From an uncultured delta proteobacterium (lineage in GTDB: Bacteria; Desulfobacterota; Binatia; HRBIN30; BPIQ01): a DNA stretch of 64,000 nucleotides. Of this stretch, positions 21,334 through 30,660 are shown in pieces. Position numbers and translations under genes: made by a program. The notes under the pieces are model-generated. The model had not been told where the DNA came from, ran no database searches, and saw nothing but the letters and a program-made list of their open reading frames with translations. Every line of letters starts with the position of its first letter. Within the stretch, counting starts at the first letter, position 1. The stretch is from assembly GCA_963761335.1 (NCBI GenBank), contig CAVXGR010000011.1:352001-416000 (forward strand). Direction: 5' to 3'.

Positions 21334-23244
21334 CTATCGCTGGCCGCGAAGCTTGCGGACGTCGCCGACGCGCAGAGTGAAGCCGGTGCGATCGAAGTAA
21401 TCGAGCAGCGCGATGCTGAACTTGCGGCTGGCGCGGATGAGGTCGCGAAAGGTGGCGGCCGTGATCTCGCCGTGCTCGGAGAGATGATGTGCCAGAAGCT
21501 CGCGGGCTCGCTCCAGCGGCGCCCGCGCGAAGTAGAGCTCCGGAGCAATACGCGCCAGTCGATGCTCGCGCTCGAGCTGCGAGAGAATCTCGATGAGCCG
21601 CCGGCGCGGCACGCCGAGATCGGCCTCGATCTCGCGCAGATCTGGAGGCGTGAATCCGGCGGCGGCGAGCAGGGACTCGGCGCGCGCCGCCAGCTGACGC
21701 TCCTCGGCGCCGAGAGAGACGCGATGTGACGGCAGGCGCAGGAGGCTATCGTCGCGCGCCAGCAGGCGGCGGTGCTCGAGGCCGTCGATCAGGCTGCGAA
21801 ACAGCTTGGCCGCCAACCCCGGGGCCACCTGCGAGCGCAGCGATTCCATCTCGACTCCGGGCGACAGCGGCACGGCGCGATGGTGATCGTCCAGCCGGGC
21901 GCGTATGGCGCTCTCGATCTGTCGCACCGCTTCAGCGGTGGCGACGACCTCGGCGCTCTCCGCCTCCGGCAGCAGCACCAGATCGTCGGCGGCGCCCAGC
22001 AGCGCCAGGCTCTCGCCTTCCGGCAGATTCAGCGAACGCCTCAGCTCCGGCAGACCGAGGATCCCGTCGGCGCTCATGCCAACCAGGCCGCGCAGCGCCT
22101 CCGCGGGTCCTCCGGCGCCGGCGAGGCGGCGCAACCCTTCGCCCGCGGCGGCGCGCCGCCGGTAGCGGTGCGCGAACGGTTGCAGCACTCGCCCGCCGCC
22201 GAGCGTCGTTTGCCCCGTCGGGTTGCGCAAAATGAAGCGGTCACCGTGCACCGCCAGCACCGGCTCCTGCAGGATCAGCTGGCAGCAGGCGCTCTCCTTG
22301 GGAGCGACCGCGGTGCGCTCCTCCAGGAGGATCAGCTTCGCCATTCGCTCCGCGGTGCCGAGATAGAAGCGCACCGGCGTATGCGATTTGATTGGACGCC
22401 GGGCGCCGGGGCAAATCTCGACGAGCGCGTCGAGGCGATCGGTGCTCTGCGAAAGCGCGGGATCGACGAGCACGTGGCCGCGGCGGACGTCGGTGCGCTC
22501 GACGCCGCTCAGGTTCAGGGCGACGCGCTGTCCGGCGGAAGCTCGAGAGCAACTCTCGCCGTGCACCTCGATGTGGCGAACGCGGCAGACCTCGCCGCCG
22601 GGTTGCAGCCGCAGCCCATCGCCCTCCCGCAGCACGCCCGAGACCGCGGTTCCGGTGACCACCACGCCGTGGCCGTGCATCACGAAGGCGCGGTCCACGG
22701 GCAGACGGAAGTAGCCCGCCGGACGCTCCGGCGAGATGGTGGCCAGCTGCCGTTCGATCTCGGTGCGCAGATCATCGATCCCGGCGCCGGTGAGTGAAGA
22801 CACGGCAATCGCCGGCGCCCCCTGCAATGAGCTGCCGTCGAGAAGGATCTCGATCTCCTCGCGCACCTCTGCCAGGCGCTGGCTCGGCACCAGGTCCGAC
22901 TTGGTGATCACCGCAATACCGCTGCGCACGCCCAGAAGGTGGAGGATCTCGAGATGCTCCTCGGTCTGCGGCATCACCCCGTCGTCGGCGGCGACGACCA
23001 GTAGCAGGAGATCCATGCCATGGGCCCCGGCGAGCATGTTGCGGATGAAGCGCTCGTGCCCCGGGACGTCGACGATGCCGGCGCGTTCGCCACCCGGCCG
23101 AGCCAGGTAGGCAAAACCGAGGTCGATGGAGATACCCCGCTCCTTCTCCTCCTTGAGACGGTCGGTGTCCTGTCCGGTCAGCGCCCGGATCAGCGCCGTC
23201 TTGCCGTGGTCGATGTGTCCGGCAGTGCCAATGATGGCCGGCAT
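21334..23244 (-). CDS. selB: Selenocysteine-specific elongation factor
   Basis: [45 protein letters not shown]-terminal [21 protein letters not shown]. Confidence 0.97.
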   Translation of the reverse strand: MPAIIGTAGHIDHGKTALIRALTGQDTDRLKEEKERGISIDLGFAYLARPGGERAGIVDVPGHERFIRNMLAGAHGMDLLLLVVAADDGVMPQTEEHLEILHLLGVRSGIAVITKSDLVPSQRLAEVREEIEILLDGSSLQGAPAIAVSSLTGAGIDDLRTEIERQLATISPERPAGYFRLPVDRAFVMHGHGVVVTGTAVSGVLREGDGLRLQPGGEVCRVRHIEVHGESCSRASAGQRVALNLSGVERTDVRRGHVLVDPALSQSTDRLDALVEICPGARRPIKSHTPVRFYLGTAERMAKLILLEERTAVAPKESACCQLILQEPVLAVHGDRFILRNPTGQTTLGGGRVLQPFAHRYRRRAAAGEGLRRLAGAGGPAEALRGLVGMSADGILGLPELRRSLNLPEGESLALLGAADDLVLLPEAESAEVVATAEAVRQIESAIRARLDDHHRAVPLSPGVEMESLRSQVAPGLAAKLFRSLIDGLEHRRLLARDDSLLRLPSHRVSLGAEERQLAARAESLLAAAGFTPPDLREIEADLGVPRRRLIEILSQLEREHRLARIAPELYFARAPLERARELLAHHLSEHGEITAATFRDLIRASRKFSIALLDYFDRTGFTLRVGDVRKLRGQR

Positions 23245-23277
23245 GGGCTCAGAGGCGAGGCAGCGCGCGCCCGGTGG

Positions 23278-23502
23278 TCACCCCGATTTCGGTGCGCCTT
23301 CGGCGCGCTTGCCGAGATTGCGGAAGGCCGGAGTGGTCGCCACCAACGCCTCGAGAGAGCCGTCCGGCTTCATGCTCTCCGCCTTCGCAGCCTTCGCGGT
23401 GCTCGCCTGGGGATCGCCTGAGCAGCCGCCCAGGACGAGTAGCGCCGTCGCCGCCGCCAATGCCAGAATCCACCGCCGCGAAGCCATCCGCATACCCCTC
23501 AT
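23278..23502 (-). CDS. Small putative lipoprotein
   Basis: Basic N-terminus, hydrophobic stretch, LGGC lipobox; GGAGAGG upstream. Confidence 0.6.
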   Translation of the reverse strand: MRGMRMASRRWILALAAATALLVLGGCSGDPQASTAKAAKAESMKPDGSLEALVATTPAFRNLGKRAEGAPKSG

Positions 23503-23587
23503 GCCTCTCCACATCTCAGACTGCGTGCGGCGCCGCAACCCCCCGGGCGCGGCCATCTTGGCCGCATCGCCCTTTTGCCCCACATTT

Positions 23588-23726
23588 CCAGTTCTCATTC
23601 CCGGTTCTCATGCCGTCGTCTTCCATTTGGTCTCTGAGCCGCGTGAGATCGGCAAGCTGCATGGCTTGCTCGCAGCTTTCAGAGCGAATGGAAAACGACG
23701 GAATGAGAACCGGGAATGAGAGCTGG
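23588..23726. repeat. Long imperfect inverted repeat (about 40-bp arms) between divergent genes
   Basis: CCAGTTCTCATTCCCGGTTCTCATGCCGTCGTCTTCCATT pairs with AATGGAAAACGACGGAATGAGAACCGGGAATGAGAGCTGG. Confidence 0.85.
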
Positions 23727-23827
23727 GGACCGATGAGGTGGACAACGGAGGTTGGTCGCCTCGCCTTCCCTCGACGGTCCAACGCGTTCAGATTGACAGC
23801 CCGGCGCCCGCCGAGTACCGACCCCAT

Positions 23828-25003
23828 ATGGACCTCTCCTACTCTCCCGACGAAGAGCGATTCCGCGGCGAGCTGCGCGCCTGGCTCGGCGCCAATCCCG
23901 CAGGACCCGAGCCGGACGAACTCGCCGCGTGGGTCGAGTACGGCAAGGCATGGCAGCGGCGACTCTACGAGGCCGGCTGGTGCGGTATCGCCTGGCGGAG
24001 GGAGTACGGCGGCCGCGGCGCCACCCTGATCGAGCAGATCATCTTTCAAGAGGAGATGGCGCGCGTGCGGGCGCCGATGCTCATCAACCTCGCCGGTCTG
24101 ACGATGGGAGGTCCCGTCCTCATCGCACACGGCACTGAGGAGCAGAAGCGCCGATACCTGCAACCGCTGCTGCGCGCCGACGAGATCTGGTGTCAGGGCT
24201 TCTCCGAGCCCAACGCCGGCTCGGATCTCGCCGCTCTGCGCACCCGCGCCGTCGTCGACGGCGACGACTTCGTCGTCAGCGGCCAGAAGGTCTGGACCAG
24301 CTTCGCACGCTACGCGGACTGGTGCATGGCGCTGGTGCGGACGGATCCCGAGGCGCCGAAGCACCGGGGCATCACCTTCCTGCTGATCGACATGCACAGC
24401 CCCGGGGTCACCGTTCGCCCCCTCAAGCAGATCAGCGGCGACGAGGATTTCAACGAGCTCTTCTTCGAGGACGTCCGCGTGCCGCGGCGGAACGTGATCG
24501 GCGCCGTCAACCAGGGCTGGGAGATCGCCATCACCTGCTTGATGCACGAGAGACAGACACTCACCTTCAGCCGGCAGCTGCAGTCGAGCGTCGCCCTGGC
24601 GGACATGCTGGAGATGGCGCGCCGCATCCGCCGCGACGGCGGCACCGCCAGGGGCGATGCGCTGGTGCGGCAGAAGCTCGCCGCCGCCTGCATCGACAGT
24701 CACGCGATGCGCTACACGGCGTATCGCAACCTCACCCGCGTCCTGCGCGGCGGCATCCCTGGGCCCGAGGGATCGATCGAGAAGCTCTTCTGGAGTGAGA
24801 TGTACCAGCGCCAGCTCGAGACGGCTCTGGAGATCGAGGGACCGTACAGCCAGCTGGTGAAGGGGTCGCCGCGCGCCATCGACGACGGGCGATGGCCGCA
24901 CCTGCTCCTCTATTCCCGCGGCCGGACCATCGCCGCCGGGTCCTCTGAAATTCAGCGCAACATCATCGCCGAACGCGTCCTCGGCCTCCCCCGCGGCAAG
25001 TAA
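23828..25003 (+). CDS. Acyl-CoA dehydrogenase family protein
   Basis: EYGGRG, WCQGFSEPNAGSDLA, GQKVWTS, FNELFFEDVRVP, TIAAGSSEIQRNII. Confidence 0.93.
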   Translation: MDLSYSPDEERFRGELRAWLGANPAGPEPDELAAWVEYGKAWQRRLYEAGWCGIAWRREYGGRGATLIEQIIFQEEMARVRAPMLINLAGLTMGGPVLIAHGTEEQKRRYLQPLLRADEIWCQGFSEPNAGSDLAALRTRAVVDGDDFVVSGQKVWTSFARYADWCMALVRTDPEAPKHRGITFLLIDMHSPGVTVRPLKQISGDEDFNELFFEDVRVPRRNVIGAVNQGWEIAITCLMHERQTLTFSRQLQSSVALADMLEMARRIRRDGGTARGDALVRQKLAAACIDSHAMRYTAYRNLTRVLRGGIPGPEGSIEKLFWSEMYQRQLETALEIEGPYSQLVKGSPRAIDDGRWPHLLLYSRGRTIAAGSSEIQRNIIAERVLGLPRGK

Positions 25004-25008
25004 ACCCC

Positions 25009-25155
25009 GGAGCACGGCCATCTTGGCCGCCCTGGGAGCGCGGCCATCTTGGCCGCCTCTTGGGAGCGCGGCCATCTTGGCCGCCTCTTGGGAGCGCGGC
25101 CATCTTGGCCGCCTCTTGGTTCTGACAGCTTGCGGCCGGGACGGCCGCGCTCCCA
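25009..25155. repeat. Family A REP array left of RAYT (4 tandem units plus 1 inverted)
   Basis: TGGGAGCGCGGCCATCTTGGCCGC units, spacer CTCTTGGTTCTGACAGCTT, then GCGGCCGGGACGGCCGCGCTCCCA. Confidence 0.93.
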
Positions 25156-25161
25156 GAGGGG

Positions 25162-25761
25162 TCAATCCAGGCTCGCGTAGAGGCGAGCGCTGCTCCAGCG
25201 CCAGTCCTCGGCTCTTTCAACCAAGCGGGCCTTCACCGGGTTCTCGTGGATATAAGTCACCGCCGCAGCGAGATGTCGCCCGTTGCGGATGAAGCGGTCC
25301 CAGTAATCTTCTCCCCAGACAGATCCAGATCTGCCGAGAACTCGGTTGATCTCCTTCGACGTATAGGATTTCCAGCTGCCGACGACTGCCGACAGGGAAC
25401 AGTTCGGGTACAAATCGATCAGTAGGTGCACGTGGTTGGGCATGATCACCCAGGCGCGCAGGTCGTAGCGTTTGCTGTCGAAGTGACACCAGCCCCGCTC
25501 GACTACCGAGGCCACCTCCGGGCGCCGGAGGAGGCACTTCCCGTATCCGCGGTCGAGGTGCTCGTCAGTCTGCCTCCGCCTCTCGACCTCGTCCGAAACC
25601 TCGCGGAGCAGACGTTCGACCACCTCGAGGGGCAATGAGTCCACCAGCCGATAGGTGATCATCTGCAGCGTCGGGGCGTCGCAATGGGGCAGGTAGCCGC
25701 GCCCGTGCCAGCCGCGATGGCCGGCCATGTCGATCTTCCGTGATCTGATGAGTCGCTTCAT
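25162..25761 (-). mobile_element. rayT: REP-associated tyrosine transposase (RAYT, IS200-like Y1 HUH nuclease)
   Basis: WHGRGYLPH, ITYRL.DSLP, IMPNHVH (HUH), WKSYT, DRFIRN..H, YIHENPVKA, W.WSS; AGGAGG RBS; REP arrays on both sides. Confidence 0.9.
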
Positions 25762-25828
25762 GCGCCTCCTCTGCTGGCGAGTATTCTGCCGCGGCCGGAC
25801 GCGGCGTCAAGGTAGGAACCGCCGCCCC

Positions 25829-25945
25829 TGGGAGCGCGGCCTTGGTGCCTCTGGGAGCGCGGCCATCTTGGCCGCCTCTGGGAGCGCGGCCATCTTGGCC
25901 GCCTCTTGGTTCTGACAGCTTGCGGCCAAGCTGGCCGCGCTCCCA
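25829..25945. repeat. Family A REP array right of RAYT
   Basis: One partial and two full units, the same 19-nt spacer, then an inverted unit. Confidence 0.93.
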
Positions 25946-25988
25946 GCGGGCTTTGCCTTCGCGTCAGGGCTTCCGTATGCTCTCCGCC

Positions 25989-27668
25989 GTGAACGCGACC
26001 TGGGTGCTGATCGGCTCGCTGGTGTGGCTCGGGCTCGGCTACTTTTGGTACGGGGAAAAGCTGTCGGCGGCGCTCGGGATCGACGCGGAGCGCGTCACCC
26101 CGGCGCACAGCCGCGAGGACGGCGTCGACTACGTCCCGGCGAAGAACTGGATGGTTCTCTTCGGCCACCACTTCTCCTCGATCTGCGGCGCCGGGCCGAT
26201 CGTCGGACCGGCTCTGGCCGTCGCCTACTGGGGCTGGGCGCCCTCGCTGCTGTGGGTGCTCGTCGGCTGCGTGCTCATGGGGGCGGTCGCCGACTTCACC
26301 AGCCTCTTCGTCAGCGTTCGTTCCGACGGCCTCTCGGTTCCCGAGATCGCCCGGCCGGAGATCTCCCCCCGAGCCCGGCTGCTCTTCTCCTGGTTCATCT
26401 GGCTGGCGCTCATCCTGGTGATCGCCGTCTTCGCCATCTTCGCGGCGCGCACGTTCATCGAGGCCCCGGACACCGTGGTGCCCTCTTTCGGCCTCATCCC
26501 GGTGGCGGTGCTCACCGGCTACCTCCTCTACCGCACCCGCATGAGCAATACGCTGGTGACCCTGCTCGGCCTCGGCCTGCTGTTGCTGGCGCTCTTCGGC
26601 GGCGTCGAGGTGCCCGTGCAGCTGCCGGTGATCTTCGGGCTCAGCGCCGACTCGCAGTGGATCCTGCTGCTGCTCGCCTACTGCTTCGTCGCCTCGGTCG
26701 CCCCGGTGCAGAACCTTCTCCAGCCGCGGGACTACCTGGCGAGCTTCATCCTCTTCGCCGCCATCGGCATCGGGGTCGCTTCGGTGTTCATCAGCGCCCC
26801 GACCATGCAGGCGCAGGCGATCGGCTCGTTCGTGCCGGCGGAGTGGGCGGCGGCGGGACCGATGTGGCCGATGATGTTCGTCACCATCGCCTGCGGCGCC
26901 ATCTCCGGATTCCACTCCCTGGTCTCCTCCGGGACCACCTGCAAGCAGCTGTCGACCGAGGCGCACGCCTGCCGCATCGGCTACGGCGGCATGCTCACCG
27001 AAGGGCTGGTCGGCGTGCTGGTGATCATCTGCGTCGGTGCCGCGCTCGGTCGCAACGAGCTCGGCCCGGTCCTGCGCAGCGGCGGTCCGATCTCCGCCTT
27101 CAGTCAGGGGTACGGCGTCATCTCGCTGCCGATCCTCGGCAGCTACGGCAAGGTGTTCGCGGTGATGGCGCTCAACGCCTTCATCCTCACCACCCTGGAC
27201 ACGGCGACGCGCATCGGCCGCTACCTGACGCAGGAGCTGTTCGGCATCTCCAACATGTACGTCGCCACCGCCATCGTCGTCGGCGCCACCGCCGCCCTCG
27301 GGCTCACCGGGCAGTGGGCGCGCATCTGGCCGGCGTTCGGCACCTCCAACCAGCTGATCGCCGCCCTGGCGCTGCTGGTCGGCTCCTGCTGGCTGCTGCG
27401 CCGCGGCCGCTCGATCATCTACACGATGGTGCCCGCGGTCATCATGCTGGTCACCACCCTCGCCGCCTTTGTCTGGCAGATCTACGGAGCGCTCACGCGA
27501 GTGGACCCGCACACGCACGTCCTGCGGCCGGATTGGTTCATCGCCGCGGTCATCGCCGTGCTCATCCTCCTGGCGTTGATCGTCTTCTGGGACGGAACCA
27601 AGGCGCTGCTGGAGGGCGGGCCAGAACCGCCTGCGGCCGCCGAGACGCCGAGGCGCGCTGCGGGTTGA
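25989..27668 (+). CDS. cstA: Carbon starvation CstA family transporter
   Basis: TPAH..EDGVDYVP, LFGHHFSSICGAGPIVGP, LLQPRDYL, FVTIACGAISGFHSL, TTLDTATR, FGTSNQL; start GTG 25989 or ATG 25977. Confidence 0.93.
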   Translation: MNATWVLIGSLVWLGLGYFWYGEKLSAALGIDAERVTPAHSREDGVDYVPAKNWMVLFGHHFSSICGAGPIVGPALAVAYWGWAPSLLWVLVGCVLMGAVADFTSLFVSVRSDGLSVPEIARPEISPRARLLFSWFIWLALILVIAVFAIFAARTFIEAPDTVVPSFGLIPVAVLTGYLLYRTRMSNTLVTLLGLGLLLLALFGGVEVPVQLPVIFGLSADSQWILLLLAYCFVASVAPVQNLLQPRDYLASFILFAAIGIGVASVFISAPTMQAQAIGSFVPAEWAAAGPMWPMMFVTIACGAISGFHSLVSSGTTCKQLSTEAHACRIGYGGMLTEGLVGVLVIICVGAALGRNELGPVLRSGGPISAFSQGYGVISLPILGSYGKVFAVMALNAFILTTLDTATRIGRYLTQELFGISNMYVATAIVVGATAALGLTGQWARIWPAFGTSNQLIAALALLVGSCWLLRRGRSIIYTMVPAVIMLVTTLAAFVWQIYGALTRVDPHTHVLRPDWFIAAVIAVLILLALIVFWDGTKALLEGGPEPPAAAETPRRAAG

Positions 27669-27682
27669 ACCCCGGGGGACAG

Positions 27683-28062
27683 TGCATCACGAGCCTTGCA
27701 GCTCGCCAGCAGACGATGAAAATGAGGCCGGGGATCTGCCCCGGCAAGAGATTTGGAGGTTCTCGCCTGAGCGAACTTCGCCCCGGAGGGGCGGTGGCGT
27801 GTAGCCCCGGGTGAAACCCGGGGAAAAGTGCACGGTCCGTCATACGCGCCCCGCCATCGAGGTGATTTACGCGGCTTCTACGCCTGCGCCCCTCCGGGGC
27901 GCTGATCTGGGCCAATCGGAACGCGGTCCCCGGGTTGACACCCGGGGCTACATGCCCGCGCCCCTCCGGGGCGATGAGCTCCAGGCCAAGCGCCGAGGCG
28001 ATGAGCTCCACGCCAAGCGCCGGGGCTCCGCCAGACCTTCACTCAGCAGATTTTCGAAGCAG
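27683..28062. mobile_element. Non-coding cassette (380 bp) inserted at CAG of a palindromic repeat; carries family C REP doublet
   Basis: Ends TGCATCACGAGCCTTGCAGCTC...GATGAAAATG and CAGATTTTCGAAGCAG; homologous to 41960-42386. Confidence 0.7.
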
Positions 28063-28132
28063 GCAACTTTTGCGCAGGCGAATCCCTGATCGCGCCGGTC
28101 CCGGCAGGCAAAAGTCGCCTGTCCCCAGCGGG

Positions 28133-29056
28133 CTACTTCTCCAGCTCCTCGCGCACCGTGTACATCTTCTGCCGCGCCTCGGTGATGTAGCCGTCGAGGT
28201 TGCGGCGGTGGTTAGCGAGGATGCCGTCGGAGCTGCCGTCGAGAATCACCACCGGCTTGAGCACCGCGGCCTTGCCGAGCGCCTCGGTGATCTCGTTCAT
28301 CAGCGTCTCCAGCACCGGACGCGTCTGCAGCAGCGCCTCGTACTCGCGGGCGACCGCCTGGTTGAGGTGGTACATCACGTGGGCGAAGCCCTGAGAGTGA
28401 TAGAAGACGTCGTCGGTGGCGAAGAAGCCGACCTGCTTGCGGTAGAGCGAGCCGTGGGCGTCGCCGAGTAGATCCGTCCACGTCTGGAACAGGCGGATGA
28501 GCTCGACATTGCGCTCCTTGATCGGGTTCGAGCGCGGCGGTGTGGTGTGCAGCCCGGCGACGTAGAGGCGCAGGTGCTTCACCGCCTCGCGCAGCTTGCT
28601 CTCCGCCGAGGGGAGCCAGAGCTTCTCCATGTCGTTGCGCAGCGCATTGTCGGCGGCGACCAGGTTGGGATCGAACTGATCGCTGGAGACCTTGGTGAGA
28701 TGGTCCTTGAGAACGCGCAGGCTCTCGCGCGCCGCCTGGATGATGCCGCGCTGGCGATTGGCGTTGTTGTCCGCCCACAGGCCCGGACCCCACAGAAAGA
28801 AATCGTTGGGCCGCCAGCCGGTGGTGCCCTGCAGCTCCTGCTCGATGAGAGCGATCAAGGTGCTGGCGAAAACCTCCCCGCTGACGATCGGCTGCCCCTC
28901 CGGGTACTGGGTCGAGACGTCGAAGGCCATGCGGTCGTGCCGCTTCTGGGTGAAGTGCAGCAGCAGGGGCACAAAGATCAGCAGCAGCGCCCCCACCACG
29001 ACGGCGGCCCAGATCCAACGGCCGCGCCCATGGGACTCTCTCGCATCGGATTCCAT
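28133..29056 (-). CDS. DUF2333-like membrane-anchored protein
   Basis: N-terminal TM, GWRPND, DNNAN.Q.G, WLPSAE, DDVFYHSQG, ILANHR. Confidence 0.7.
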   Translation of the reverse strand: MESDARESHGRGRWIWAAVVVGALLLIFVPLLLHFTQKRHDRMAFDVSTQYPEGQPIVSGEVFASTLIALIEQELQGTTGWRPNDFFLWGPGLWADNNANRQRGIIQAARESLRVLKDHLTKVSSDQFDPNLVAADNALRNDMEKLWLPSAESKLREAVKHLRLYVAGLHTTPPRSNPIKERNVELIRLFQTWTDLLGDAHGSLYRKQVGFFATDDVFYHSQGFAHVMYHLNQAVAREYEALLQTRPVLETLMNEITEALGKAAVLKPVVILDGSSDGILANHRRNLDGYITEARQKMYTVREELEK

Positions 29057-29129
29057 CGCCTGCTACGTACAGGACCCGCGCCAGCCGTTCCACCCCGGGA
29101 CGGGAAGTCGTATCGACGTCGGTCTGCCC

Positions 29130-30644
29130 CTACACCTCGACGAAGATCTCCCGGGCGCCCTCGCCGGTGAGCTGCGAGACGGTGGCGACCTTGTCGCTGA
29201 ACTCGCGCAGGGTGGCCACCGAGCTGGTGCCGACGTCGATGAGCACGGAGAAGACGGAGAAGCCGAGGCGCTTCTTCTCGGCCTGGAACTCGGCCAGCCA
29301 GCGCGGATCGACGCGGCACTCGCCGTCGGTGATGAAGACGACGTCGCCGCGGCGAAAGCGGGAGCGGCCCAGGCAGTCGAGGGCGGCACTCAGCGGCCGC
29401 TGGAAATCGGTGCCGCCGCCGGGAAAGTACTCGGCGAGCGCGAAGATCTGTTGCAGGTCCGGCTGGTACTGCTCGCGGCGGTTGAGATCGAGCACCTGCA
29501 GGGGCGTGTCGGCCGACGAGAAGCAGATCGAGCGAAAGCGGCGGCGCTGGCGGCGGGCGATGTCGAGTAGGGTGAGGACCACCGCCTTGGACCAGATCTC
29601 CTTCTCTCCCGCCATCGACGAGCTGACGTCGAGGCAGACGATCATCGGCCCGCGCCCCTTCGCCTCGACGCCGCGCAGGCTGTAGGCCAGCAGCTCGCCT
29701 TCGATGTAGCGCCGGGCGAAGTCGCGGTGCAGCAGCGGATGGCGAAGGGCGACGAGCTCGCGCGGCAGCAGGCGGCTGAGCTCGGAGCCGAGCTCGACCT
29801 CGTAGGTCTCCTCGCTGGAGCGCTCGAACATCTTCCGCCGCAGGGCCAGAGCCTGCTCGCGCATGCGGCCGACCATCTGCGACAGCCGCCGCAGCTTGGG
29901 ATTGGTCGCCAGCTGGCGGCCGAGCTCGATCTGGCGGCCCGGTGAGGAACGGCCGTCGCCGCCAAGCTGCTGCCCCCAGGTGCCCGAGTCCTCGGCGCTC
30001 TGCGCCAGGTCGTCGCTGGTGCGCACCAGCTGCCGTTCGACTCGATCGGCGTGGGCTGCGGCGCCCTCCTCGATGCGCCCGCGGATCTCCCGTGCCTTCT
30101 GCTGCAGGCGCCGCCCGGCGGTCTCCAGCTCGCGCCCCATGCGGCCGCTCAGCTCCTCGAGCTGCCGGCGCGTCGCCGTCGAGGCGCGGCGGATGAGCTC
30201 CTCGGCGCTGGCGAACTCGTCCTGGCGCGCCTCGATCTCCTGCTCCTGCTGGTCGAGGTTCCAGTAGTCGAGCATCTCGCCGCGGGTGATGATGCGCTCG
30301 CCGCGGATGAGCTCCAGCAGGCGGCCGCCGAGAAGCACGGTGGCGAGCCCGGCGCGCCCCTCGTCGAGCGCCGTCTGGGCACGGATCACCTCGAGCGCCG
30401 GGCTGCGGATCAGCTGCTCGAGGATGGCGCGATAGAAGCCGGCGCTGGGCACGACCCCCTCGGGATCGTGCATGACCGCGTTCATCTTGAACAGCAGCGC
30501 GAAGAGATCGAGGACGAAGCCGTCGAAGTGCGGCAGCAGATTGGTGCCGCTGTCGATAAGGGCCTGCAGCGACGGGCTGTCGAGGCGCAGCGTCTCGAAG
30601 GCGGAGCGGTCGAAGGCGTCGCTCTCGATCCAGTGTCTGCGCAT
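29130..30644 (-). CDS. VWA-domain protein, ViaA/CoxE-like partner of MoxR ATPase
   Basis: G.ELSRLLP.E, KGRGPMIVCLDVSSSM (MIDAS), GGTDF, VFITDGE. Confidence 0.88.
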   Translation of the reverse strand: MRRHWIESDAFDRSAFETLRLDSPSLQALIDSGTNLLPHFDGFVLDLFALLFKMNAVMHDPEGVVPSAGFYRAILEQLIRSPALEVIRAQTALDEGRAGLATVLLGGRLLELIRGERIITRGEMLDYWNLDQQEQEIEARQDEFASAEELIRRASTATRRQLEELSGRMGRELETAGRRLQQKAREIRGRIEEGAAAHADRVERQLVRTSDDLAQSAEDSGTWGQQLGGDGRSSPGRQIELGRQLATNPKLRRLSQMVGRMREQALALRRKMFERSSEETYEVELGSELSRLLPRELVALRHPLLHRDFARRYIEGELLAYSLRGVEAKGRGPMIVCLDVSSSMAGEKEIWSKAVVLTLLDIARRQRRRFRSICFSSADTPLQVLDLNRREQYQPDLQQIFALAEYFPGGGTDFQRPLSAALDCLGRSRFRRGDVVFITDGECRVDPRWLAEFQAEKKRLGFSVFSVLIDVGTSSVATLREFSDKVATVSQLTGEGAREIFVEV

Positions 30645-30660
30645 GGATGCCGGCGGCTCG

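Noticed and set aside
25009..25155. CRISPR-like tandem palindromic repeats
   Set aside because: Units are separated by only 2-4 nt, with no unique spacers and no cas genes; the adjacent RAYT explains them as REPs
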